This document shows, piece by piece, positions 8,520 through 17,036 of a stretch of 64,000 bases of DNA. A program made the translations under genes and the position numbers. The stretch's first letter is position 1, and each line of letters starts with the position of its first letter. The DNA comes from an uncultured delta proteobacterium (lineage in GTDB: Bacteria > Desulfobacterota > Desulfobacteria > Desulfobacterales > JAHEIW01), in contig CAVPNL010000022.1 of assembly GCA_963706575.1 (NCBI GenBank), positions 1-64,000 on the forward strand. Direction: 5' to 3'. A model generated the notes under the pieces. It saw only the letters and a list, made by a program, of their open reading frames with translations, did not search any database and was not told the DNA's origin.

Positions 8520-9614
8520 ATGGCGCAGAATCGTTGGCTGGCAACCGGTAATTTTTTCGCATCGCACAAGCAGGAGCAGCGTATCTTTTTTACGCATCTG
8601 GACCGGTTGATCTTTACATGCTTTTTGGTTTTGCTGTTTGTCTGGCCGCTTTTTTTTGAGCTCGGCAATAAAAACATGCTGGTGATCGACAATATTCTGG
8701 TTGCCATTATTGCGATTTACGGGTTAAACCTGGTGACCGGTTATGCCGGCCTGATTTCCATCGGGCATGCCGCTTTTGTCGGTGTGGGGGCTTACACCCT
8801 GGCGACCTTTGCGCGATTGCTGGGGGACAGCCATGTGTTGCTGACTCACGCCTGGCCGTTGATGATCCTGATTTGTGGTGCGGTGGGTGCCGTGATCGGC
8901 GCCTTTGTGGGCTTGCCGGCATTACGGCTGAAACATCTATACCTGGTGATTGCCACCCTTTCGTTTCAGATGATCTTCCAGTGGGTCATCAATTTTTCGA
9001 AGTTTTTTAATCAGGGCCAAACGATTGCCATCGGCCGGGTATTCTGGTTTGCCGGAGAAGTGACCCGCAGCCAGCATTATTTATTCTGGTATTATATCGC
9101 CCTGATATTTGTAGTGATTTTTGGATTTTCAGTCCGCAATTTGCTGCGAACCCGTTACGGACGGTGTTTGGTGGCCGTGCGCGACAATGACCGCGCCGCC
9201 GATGCCATGGGCATGCACCCCGGATTTACCAAGGTGTATGCATTTGCGCTGGCCGGGTTTTTTGCCGGTGTCGCCGGAGCACTGCACGCCTACCTGTGGC
9301 GCGGAGTGGGCTTTGAATCCTTTACGCTGCACCACTCCATCAACTATCTGGCCATGGCGATTGTGGGCGGATTGGGCAGCCTGATGGGCTCATTTTTGGG
9401 GCCCGCGGCGATTTTCATGCTGGATGTCCAGGTCGAGCACCTTTCTGAATTTGCCAAAACGTTGTTTCCGGCGGCGCTGGATCTGGCGACGGCGCTGCGC
9501 CCGCTGTCATTTGGTCTGGTAATCGTGCTGTTTTTGATGTTTGAACCGCGGGGTATCGCCAACTGGTGGCGGATTTTGCGGTCCTATTTAAAACTCTGGC
9601 CGTTTCGTTACTGA
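8520..9614 (+). CDS. LivM-like ABC transporter permease
   Basis: 'GLNLVTGYAGLISIGHAAFVGVGAY', 'GLPALRLKHLYL', 'AVRDNDRAA'. Confidence 0.92.
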   Translation: MAQNRWLATGNFFASHKQEQRIFFTHLDRLIFTCFLVLLFVWPLFFELGNKNMLVIDNILVAIIAIYGLNLVTGYAGLISIGHAAFVGVGAYTLATFARLLGDSHVLLTHAWPLMILICGAVGAVIGAFVGLPALRLKHLYLVIATLSFQMIFQWVINFSKFFNQGQTIAIGRVFWFAGEVTRSQHYLFWYYIALIFVVIFGFSVRNLLRTRYGRCLVAVRDNDRAADAMGMHPGFTKVYAFALAGFFAGVAGALHAYLWRGVGFESFTLHHSINYLAMAIVGGLGSLMGSFLGPAAIFMLDVQVEHLSEFAKTLFPAALDLATALRPLSFGLVIVLFLMFEPRGIANWWRILRSYLKLWPFRY

Positions 9615-9797
9615 GTTTGAATATATTACCATTGGCAGCACTAAATGCCGATTGAAAAACCGCTTTTTGGTGACGGCCCTAAACCTTGAATTAGTATTAG
9701 AGAAATCGTATATAAAGCATAATTCTGTGCACAAAATGTTTGAGTATGAAGTTGATTTCATAAATTAAAAGCTCAAAACGAAAGGAAGGAGAAAAAA

Positions 9798-11120
9798 ATG
9801 AACATGTCCCAAAAATTGTTATCTGTCACAACGGTTATCTGTCTTGCACTTTTCGTGTTTGCCTGCGGTGAAGGTGAAAAAGTAGCCGGTCTCGAGAAAC
9901 AAATTGAGCAGCTTTCCAGCGAAAAAGCAGAATTGCAAAATCAAGTCTCAGCTTTAGAAGGAAAAGCCGCCAAATCAGCAGGAGGGCAAACCATTAAAAT
10001 CGCCTCCTCGCTGGCGATTACCGGAACCACTTCCGATGTCGGCAACCCTTATTCAAAAGGCATCGAAGACTATGTCAAGTATGTTAACGATGAGAAACTG
10101 CTGGGCGATAACCAGTTGGTCGCCACTGTCAGAGACGACGGCTATAAAACGGAAGTGACCAAGCGTAATTTCGAAGAGTTTCTGGATGACGGCATCGTGC
10201 TTTACCTGAACTACTCGACCGGCAGCACACTGGCCCTGGGAAAAGATTTTGATGAAGAAATGATTCCGGTGATTACCGCTTCCTTCCACGCCGGAAATCT
10301 GGCCGCAAAATACGTTTTTCTGCCGATCGTTTCCTATTCCAGCCAGACAATTGCCTTGTCGGAATATATTGCGAACAATCATAAGGGCGGCGGGAAAGCT
10401 AAGATCGCCATGTTCATCCATCCTTCCGCCTTCGGTCGCGGACCGGTGGAAGACACCCAAAAGGCAGTGGCTGAGGGTCTGAACATCGAAATCGTTGAAG
10501 TGGTCGAGCACGGCAAGGATCTGGATAACACGGCAATGCTGCAACGCTTCTTAGATAAAGGGGTGCAGTACGTCCTGTCCCATACTGTCCAGCCACCGGT
10601 GGCAACCATGCTGAAAAGCGCTCAGAGCCTCGGGGTGGCTGCTAAAACATACGGCGAAGAGGGCAAGTTGACCTTTCTTGGGGTTCACTATTCCGGGGGG
10701 CCGGATTTGATCGCCCTGGCGGGTTCGGCCGCCGAAGACTTTTACTGGACCACCTCTTACAAGCTGACAACGGCTCCGGGTCCGGGAACCGACGCCCAAC
10801 TGGCGCTGGCCAAACGTTACGGCCGGGATGAAAAAACGGCAAATTCCCAGAACTACACCAACGGGATTCAGGTGACCCAGATTGCCGTTGAAGCCATGCT
10901 GCGCGCAAAAGCCAAAGGCAAGGAAATTACGCGGGCGGCACTTTACGATGAACTTCTGGCAATGAACGGTTACAATGCCTATTATCCGCTGACCACAGTG
11001 GGGCCGGTCTCTTTTTCCGAGAACGACCGCCAGGGTGTTGATCAACTGCAGCTCTATCGGGCTCAAGGCGGTGTATTCAATCCGGTCGGGGCGCCGTTTA
11101 CCTCGAAATATATCAAATAA
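9798..11120 (+). CDS. ABC transporter substrate-binding lipoprotein (LivJ/K-like, PBP type 1)
   Basis: Lipobox 'FVFAC', strong SD; 'TGTTSDVG', 'DDGYKTE'; located in the LIV operon. Confidence 0.88.
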   Translation: MNMSQKLLSVTTVICLALFVFACGEGEKVAGLEKQIEQLSSEKAELQNQVSALEGKAAKSAGGQTIKIASSLAITGTTSDVGNPYSKGIEDYVKYVNDEKLLGDNQLVATVRDDGYKTEVTKRNFEEFLDDGIVLYLNYSTGSTLALGKDFDEEMIPVITASFHAGNLAAKYVFLPIVSYSSQTIALSEYIANNHKGGGKAKIAMFIHPSAFGRGPVEDTQKAVAEGLNIEIVEVVEHGKDLDNTAMLQRFLDKGVQYVLSHTVQPPVATMLKSAQSLGVAAKTYGEEGKLTFLGVHYSGGPDLIALAGSAAEDFYWTTSYKLTTAPGPGTDAQLALAKRYGRDEKTANSQNYTNGIQVTQIAVEAMLRAKAKGKEITRAALYDELLAMNGYNAYYPLTTVGPVSFSENDRQGVDQLQLYRAQGGVFNPVGAPFTSKYIK

Positions 11121-11189
11121 CCGATGCCGCCTGTAAAAAGGTGGCTGTCGGAAAGCATTCGTTATTCGTTCAAACGCCAAGGTGCGTTT

Positions 11190-11240
11190 GGCAAAAACTT
11201 GCCGGCGGGCGGTGGGATGCCGCCTGCCGGCAGATTTGCC
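11190..11240 (+). other. Intercistronic GC-rich stem-loop after the substrate-binding protein gene
   Basis: ggcaaa-aact-tgccggcgggcgg-tgggatg-ccgcctgccggca-ga-tttgcc. Confidence 0.55.
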
Positions 11241-11308
11241 GTTATTCTTGTAGCGGCATGCATTGGCCATTATTTTTTTCTGAAATTTCCTCGGGAGACT
11301 TTGGCGAA

Positions 11309-12130
11309 ATGGCAACCCAGGATACCAACTCAATTTTGCTGGATGTCAACAACATTGAAGTTGTTTACAATGACATCATTCAGGTTCTGCGCGGGGTCAG
11401 TCTGAATGTGCCGCAGGGCGGTATCGTGGCTTTGCTGGGCACCAACGGCGCCGGCAAGACCACAACGCTGCGGGCCATCAGCGGTTTGCTAAAGCCTGAA
11501 AACGGATTCATCAAGGATGGCTTCATCAAGTTTCGCGGCAAAGATATTACCAACCAATTGGGGACGATGGTTGTAAAAGAGGGTGCCGTAATGGTGCCTG
11601 AAGGGCGCCGGGTGTTCAAGCATCTGACGGTGGATGAAAACATCCGGGTCGGATCGATCACGCGCAGCGAGGGGCAGGCCGGTATCCGACAGGATCAGAA
11701 GTTGATGTATGCGCACTTTCCGCGTTTGTCCCGGGTGACCAACCGGCTGGCCGGCTATTGTTCCGGCGGCGAACAGCAGATGATTGCCATTGCGCGCGCC
11801 CTGATGTCGGCCCCCAAAATGCTGATGCTGGATGAACCCTCTCTCGGCCTGGCGCCTTTGCTGGTCAAAGAGATTTTCGAAAACATCCAACGCATTAATC
11901 AGGACATGGATACCACCATCCTGCTTGTGGAGCAGAATGCCAGGATGGCGCTGGAGATTTCAAATTATGCCTATATCATGGAATCCGGCAAAATCGTTTT
12001 GGAAGGTCCTTCCGCCGAGCTAAAAAACAATCCGGACGTGAAGGAATTTTATATGGGGGTTACCAAAGGCGGTCGCCGCAAATCCTTTAAAGACGTAAAA
12101 TCTTACAAACGGCGCAAACGCTGGATGTAA
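11309..12130 (+). CDS. LivF-like ABC transporter ATP-binding protein
   Basis: 'GTNGAGKTT', 'VPEGRRVF', 'SGGEQQM', 'LDEPSLGLAP'; start moved to ATG 11309 after GGGAG. Confidence 0.92.
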   Translation: MATQDTNSILLDVNNIEVVYNDIIQVLRGVSLNVPQGGIVALLGTNGAGKTTTLRAISGLLKPENGFIKDGFIKFRGKDITNQLGTMVVKEGAVMVPEGRRVFKHLTVDENIRVGSITRSEGQAGIRQDQKLMYAHFPRLSRVTNRLAGYCSGGEQQMIAIARALMSAPKMLMLDEPSLGLAPLLVKEIFENIQRINQDMDTTILLVEQNARMALEISNYAYIMESGKIVLEGPSAELKNNPDVKEFYMGVTKGGRRKSFKDVKSYKRRKRWM

Positions 12131-12173
12131 ACGGAACCACCGCCAAATGCGGTGGTGGTTAGTGAGGTGCAGC

Positions 12174-12566
12174 ATGAAATTTCTGGTCGGCTACAATGGC
12201 TCTGTCGAAGCCAGAGCGGCTTTGTCATTGGCAAGGGATTTCGCAAAAATATTCAATGCCAGAGTTTTTGTGATGGCATCCATGGAAGGCGGTGCCGGGG
12301 AAAAAATCGAAGATATTACTCAGGCTGAACAGAACCTGAGAGAAGCAAAGGAATTTTTTGAGGAGCAGGGTGTTGAATGCGAAACCCATCAGCTGGCCAG
12401 AGGCCTTGCGCCCGGAGAAGACCTGGTAAAATTCGCTGAAGAAAATCAGATCGATCAAATTTATGTCGGAATTGAAAAGAAATCCAAGACCAGCAAGTTA
12501 TTGCTCGGGTCTACGGCTCAATATGTGATTTTAAAAGCGCCCTGCCCGGTAATTACGGCCAAATAA
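12174..12566 (+). CDS. Universal stress protein (UspA family)
   Basis: 'KFLVGYNGS', 'LLLGSTAQYVILKAPCPV'; SD GAGGTG before ATG 12174. Confidence 0.92.
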   Translation: MKFLVGYNGSVEARAALSLARDFAKIFNARVFVMASMEGGAGEKIEDITQAEQNLREAKEFFEEQGVECETHQLARGLAPGEDLVKFAEENQIDQIYVGIEKKSKTSKLLLGSTAQYVILKAPCPVITAK

Positions 12567-12912
12567 GCCATCGTAATTTTAGGATTTGATTATGGGCATC
12601 ACCGAGCTTCCCCTGTTGGAGGATGGATCAGCGGATCGGGCTCAAATCAAAGCGCTTTACGGCGGTCCGCAGGAATAATGGCATGGCGCAAAGCGTTAGA
12701 ACCGATAGTGGTGATAGAAAAAAGGTAAACCGATATTTCTTATCGATGTCGTTTTGGATTTTTCCACTGATCTCATGATCTCTTACCTCAATGATGGTTG
12801 ACTTCAACTCTTAATTCTCCTATATGTTCACACTTAGTGCTTTTAGCCTTTCTTAAGTTACCTGAAAATAAACGAAATATAAAATCGCGCAGCGATTTAT
12901 AAGGAGAAGATA

Positions 12913-13392
12913 ATGGTCAGAACCGAAATTTCACTTTTTTTGAAGAATGTGCCGGGTGAGCTCGGCCGGCTGGCAACCATGTTCGGAGAAGCCGGCATAA
13001 ACATCGATGCCCTCACGATACAGGATGCGTCTTCCTATGTTCAGGAGCTTTTTAAGGCCAGAGGAAAATCCCTTAAGCGGATTGCTTCGGCTGCCAGTTA
13101 TAATTCCATGCGCAAAGATTCGGCCGAATTTGCCCTGATTCGCCTTCTGGTCGGCGATACGGACAAGGCCGTCGACCTGCTGGCAAAAAATGATTTTATT
13201 TTTGATGTGATGCCGGTCATTGCCCTCGAACTCGAAAACCGGGCAGGCGAATTGGCAAAAATATCCTCAAAATTCGGCGAAGAGGGAATCAATATCAATT
13301 ATGTGTATGGATCGGTTTCCTCACCGGATGAGAAATGTCTTTTTGTGTTTTGTCCGGAGGATATTGAGCAGGCAGCAAAGATATTCAAGTGA
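12913..13392 (+). CDS. ACT domain-containing protein (two ACT domains)
   Basis: 'ISLFLKNVPGELGRLATMFGEAGINI' and 'LENRAGELAKISSKFGEEGININYVY'. Confidence 0.88.
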   Translation: MVRTEISLFLKNVPGELGRLATMFGEAGINIDALTIQDASSYVQELFKARGKSLKRIASAASYNSMRKDSAEFALIRLLVGDTDKAVDLLAKNDFIFDVMPVIALELENRAGELAKISSKFGEEGININYVYGSVSSPDEKCLFVFCPEDIEQAAKIFK

Positions 13393-13408
13393 AGACAGAA
13401 GTCAGATA

Positions 13409-13939
13409 TCAGCACGCCTGATCCATTTTGAAGGTCTTCATCAGGATGCTGGATCCAATCATATTGGTACCGTGTACCAGGGCATCCATAATATCGCTGT
13501 CTGTCCATCCATGATCATGCAGTCTTTCCATATCTTGCTTTTCAATAGCATCCGCTGATTTGATCGCCTTCATCACAAAGGACACCATCGCCCGGTCCTT
13601 ATCGTCCAATGGTGCCTGGAGAGGATCTTTTTCCATCTTTTCGATATCCTCGTCCGATAAGCCCTGCACCTTCAACATTTTCCTGTTGAAGCCGGTGCAG
13701 AAAGCGTAGTCGTATTGTTGCGCCACCAGATAACGTATACTGGAAAGCAGCCCGAACCCTAGCTTCGAATGCCGGGAAAAATACTGAATTGAGTTCCAAA
13801 CCATGTCCAGCATCCAGGGGCTGGCGCTTGCCAGCTGCAGCGGAGCGGGAATTACGCCGGCATTTTTCTGCATGAAGTCATAAATCTCCTTAACTTTACC
13901 TTCGGCGTTATCGGGTTCGACCGTTTGTATGAGAGCCAT
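13409..13939 (-). CDS. AhpD/carboxymuconolactone decarboxylase-like protein
   Basis: 'IQTVEPDNAEGKVKEIY', 'YAFCTGFN', 'GWTDSDIMDA' pattern of AhpD-like helical proteins; SD AGGAG. Confidence 0.7.
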   Translation of the reverse strand: MALIQTVEPDNAEGKVKEIYDFMQKNAGVIPAPLQLASASPWMLDMVWNSIQYFSRHSKLGFGLLSSIRYLVAQQYDYAFCTGFNRKMLKVQGLSDEDIEKMEKDPLQAPLDDKDRAMVSFVMKAIKSADAIEKQDMERLHDHGWTDSDIMDALVHGTNMIGSSILMKTFKMDQAC

Positions 13940-14053
13940 TGTTTTCTCCTTTGCAGTAATTACAGATATTATGTCCGGGGTTCAAGGTTCCCCCCTTCGC
14001 CTTTATGGCTATGGCGCGGCGAAGGCCCGACACCTGAAACCTGTATTAAGTTG

Positions 14054-15208
14054 TTACGGTTTACGTTTGTCTTTCAGAATATGATTTGAAATCACGATGC
14101 GCTGAATTTCGGAGGTGCCCTCGTAGATGGTAAATACACGGGCATCCCGGTAAAAGCGCTCAACCGGATACTCCTTGGTAAAGCCGTACCCGCCGTGTAT
14201 TTGAAGGGCTGTTGCGGTGGTGCGGTTCACCATTTCAGAAGCAAACAGCTTGGCCATTGAAGCCTGAGCCGTGTAGTTTTCCCCGCGATCCTTCATTTCA
14301 GCGGCTGAAAACGTCAATAGCCGCGCGGCTTCTATTTCAGTCGCCATATCGGCAATCATCCAGCGCAATCCCTGAAACTTGGAAATCGGCCGGCCGAATT
14401 GCTCCCTTTCCTGCGCATACCGAACGGCGGCATCAAACGCTGCCTGGGCCACGCCCACCGATTGAGCGGCAATCCCGATTCGACCGCCGTCAAGGCCGGT
14501 CATGGCAATTAAAAAACCATCGCCTTCATTGCCCAGACGATCTTCAGCCGGAATGCGGCAATCTTCAAAAATCAGATCGGTGGTGTCGGATGCACGCAGT
14601 CCCATTTTGTCTTCTAATGGGCCGACCTTAAACCCAGGGGTTCCTTGTTTTACGATAAATGCACTGATTCCCCGGTGGCGCAATTTCTCATCGGTTTTTG
14701 CAGTTACGATAATAACGCCGGCATTTTTTCCCGTGGTCGTAAATCGTTTGCTGCCATTGATTATGTAACTGTCGCCATCAAAAACGGCCTTGGTTGTCTG
14801 TCTGGCGGGATCGGAACCTGCATTCGGTTCGGTCAGGGCAAATGCGCCAATGATCTCTCCGGTTGCCAGCTTTGTGAGATGACGCTTTTTCTGGTCCCCG
14901 GTACCATAACGCAATATACTCTCGCAGACGATTGAATTATGAACCGACATCACCGCCGCCGTTGAAGCACAGGCATAGGCCACCTCAGAAAGCGCCAGGA
15001 CATAGCTCACGGTATCCGCTCCGGAACCACCGTATTCAGGTGGTACCATCATTCCCATTAACCCCAATTCGCCAAGTTTGCTCAAATTGTCGGCCGGAAA
15101 CTCTTTGGTTTGATCACGTTCTTTGGCCTTAGGGGCAAACTCTGTCCTGGCCAAGTCCCGGGCCATGGATTGAACCATGAGTTGTTCTTCGGTTAGCTTG
15201 AATGACAT
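14054..15208 (-). CDS. Acyl-CoA dehydrogenase (butyryl-CoA dehydrogenase-like)
   Basis: 'FALTEPNAGSD', 'KMGLRAS', 'REQFGRPI', 'QIHGGYGF', 'IYEGTSEIQR'. Confidence 0.96.
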   Translation of the reverse strand: MSFKLTEEQLMVQSMARDLARTEFAPKAKERDQTKEFPADNLSKLGELGLMGMMVPPEYGGSGADTVSYVLALSEVAYACASTAAVMSVHNSIVCESILRYGTGDQKKRHLTKLATGEIIGAFALTEPNAGSDPARQTTKAVFDGDSYIINGSKRFTTTGKNAGVIIVTAKTDEKLRHRGISAFIVKQGTPGFKVGPLEDKMGLRASDTTDLIFEDCRIPAEDRLGNEGDGFLIAMTGLDGGRIGIAAQSVGVAQAAFDAAVRYAQEREQFGRPISKFQGLRWMIADMATEIEAARLLTFSAAEMKDRGENYTAQASMAKLFASEMVNRTTATALQIHGGYGFTKEYPVERFYRDARVFTIYEGTSEIQRIVISNHILKDKRKP

Positions 15209-15417
15209 ATCTCAATTCCTTGTTAGCTTCTGGCTGCTTGTCTCTGCCCGCCAGTCACTTTGGATTTACTGCTCGTTACACGTCATTGGCTACTGGCAAA
15301 TGGCTGCCCGCTCCGACTCGGCTGAGCTCGTCGCAGGCTGGCAAGCACTTGAACCAGGGAAAAAAAACAACGGTTCCGTATGTTGCAGAAAGCCAGCGAC
15401 CAACAGCCAGGCGCCAG

Positions 15418-15969
15418 CTAGGGTGAATAAATCACAACCAATAACTCCGTTGTTTCATCGCTGATACTCTTCATGCCATGATCAATTCCGGAGTTGAAAT
15501 GCAAAGAGTCTCCGGTTTCCAAAATGTTTAGATGTTCACCGACAGCAACCTCGATTTTGCCCTGCAGCACATAAACAAATTCCTCGCCTTCATGGTGATA
15601 ACCGACGCCCTTGTGATCTTGATGGGGTTCGACTGTGACCAAAAACGCTTTGAGGTGTTTATTTTCAGCGCCGGGTGTTAAGGTCGTGTAGGCATAATTT
15701 TCCGTTCGCTTGGTATGGGCCTTTATGCGGCTTTCCAGCTGGGATTCCGGCTCCTTGAGCAGGGCGCCCGAGTCAATCTCCAGAGCTCTGGAAATTTGTA
15801 AAAGGGCTCCAACCGGGGGAATGGCTTTACCCGATTCGATCTTCTTTAGATAATCGGTGGAAAAGCCTGTCTGGTTCGCCAGCTGGTCAAGTTTCACTTT
15901 TTTGCCGGTTCTGACTTTTTTGATTTTTTGGCCTACCGGGACTCGTTTTTTTGCCTTTTTTCTTGGCAT
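15418..15969 (-). CDS. XRE-family HTH regulator with cupin domain
   Basis: N-terminal HTH 'LANQTGFSTDYLKKIESG', C-terminal 'HEGEEFVYVLQG...GDSLHFNS..H'; SD GGGAGG before ATG 15969. Confidence 0.92.
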   Translation of the reverse strand: MPRKKAKKRVPVGQKIKKVRTGKKVKLDQLANQTGFSTDYLKKIESGKAIPPVGALLQISRALEIDSGALLKEPESQLESRIKAHTKRTENYAYTTLTPGAENKHLKAFLVTVEPHQDHKGVGYHHEGEEFVYVLQGKIEVAVGEHLNILETGDSLHFNSGIDHGMKSISDETTELLVVIYSP

Positions 15970-15984
15970 GATTCCTCCCAATGT

Positions 15985-16087
15985 TAAAATGACTAAAATT
16001 AAAAATGCCTAAAATGCCTAAAGTTAAAAAGAGCATATCTTACAAATTTTAGGCATTTTAGATCACTTTAGGCATTTTACATTTTTA
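15985..16087. repeat. Family A inverted 9-mer element (AAAATGCCT arms), copy 1
   Basis: taaaatgactaaaattaaaaatgcctaaaatgcctaaagtt ... ttttaggcattttagatcactttaggcatttt. Confidence 0.85.
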
Positions 16088-16936
16088 TTCATACTCATAA
16101 AACCCTCTTCCGGATTTTCTCCCCAACCATCCGGCTTCGACATATTTGCGCAGCAGCGGGCAGGGGCGATATTTGGAGTCCTTAAACCCGTCATACAACG
16201 TTTCCATAACAGCCAGGCAGGTATCCAATCCGATCAGATCGGCCAGGGCCAGAGGGCCCATGGGATGATTCATCCCCAGCTTCATAACGGTGTCAATGTC
16301 TTCGCGTTTGCCGACACCGTGGTAAAGGCAATAGACAGCCTCATTGATCATCGGCAGCAGAATTCGATTGGCGATAAAGCCGGGGTAGTCGTTTGCTTTT
16401 GCGGGTGTTTTACCAAATTTTTCCGCAAGATCCCAGGTGATCTGAAATGTCTCATCCGAGGTGGCAATGCCGGGGATGATTTCCACAAGCTTCATAACGG
16501 GCACCGGGTTCATAAAATGCATGCCGATCACTTTTTCCGGCCGCCCGGTTTGTGAGGCGATACGGCCGATCGGAATCGACGAGGTATTGGTGGCCAGGAT
16601 AACCTGATCATCGCAGATTCCATCGAGATCTCTAAAAAGTTGATATTTAATTTCTTCATTCTCGGTGGCCGCCTCAACGACGTAATCCGCCGAGGCCATA
16701 TCCTGTAAATCAACACTGGTCTTGATTCTGCCCAGAATGGTGTTTTTATCGTCTTCTGACATTTTTCCTTTTTCGACCCCGCGGCTCAAGATCTTTGTGA
16801 TGATTGCAAGGCCTTTTTCGACAAATTCCGTTTTGATGTCATTCATAACAACATCCAGACCACTCATGGCCGCAACCTGTGCAATTCCGCCGCCCATCTG
16901 GCCGGCACCAATGACGCCAAATGTTTTAATCTCCAT
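16085..16936 (-). CDS. hbd: 3-hydroxybutyryl-CoA dehydrogenase
   Basis: 'VIGAGQMGGGIA', 'ILATNTSSI', 'GMHFMNPVPVMKLVE', 'HPMGPLALADLIGLD'. Confidence 0.96.
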   Translation of the reverse strand: MEIKTFGVIGAGQMGGGIAQVAAMSGLDVVMNDIKTEFVEKGLAIITKILSRGVEKGKMSEDDKNTILGRIKTSVDLQDMASADYVVEAATENEEIKYQLFRDLDGICDDQVILATNTSSIPIGRIASQTGRPEKVIGMHFMNPVPVMKLVEIIPGIATSDETFQITWDLAEKFGKTPAKANDYPGFIANRILLPMINEAVYCLYHGVGKREDIDTVMKLGMNHPMGPLALADLIGLDTCLAVMETLYDGFKDSKYRPCPLLRKYVEAGWLGRKSGRGFYEYE

Positions 16937-16950
16937 TTTCTCCTCCTTTA

Positions 16951-17028
16951 TTTTACCACAGAGCTCACAGAGCCCACTGAGAAAGGGATTTAATATTCTC
17001 TGTGTTCTCTGTGCCCTCTGTGGTTAAA
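16951..17028. repeat. Family D inverted 9-mer element (CACAGAG arms), copy 1
   Basis: ttaccacagagctcacagagcccactgag ... ctctgtgttctctgtgccctctgtggttaa. Confidence 0.85.
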
Positions 17029-17036
17029 GATTTTTT

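Noticed and set aside
11141..11308. N-terminal extension of livF in the ORF track
   Set aside because: It crosses an intercistronic hairpin; homology and the SD point to ATG 11309.
12695..12790. Minus-strand 26-aa ORF (MRSVEKSKTTSIRNIGLPFFYHHYRF) with a GAGGT SD-like motif
   Set aside because: Too short, with no recognisable motif; cannot be supported without conservation data.
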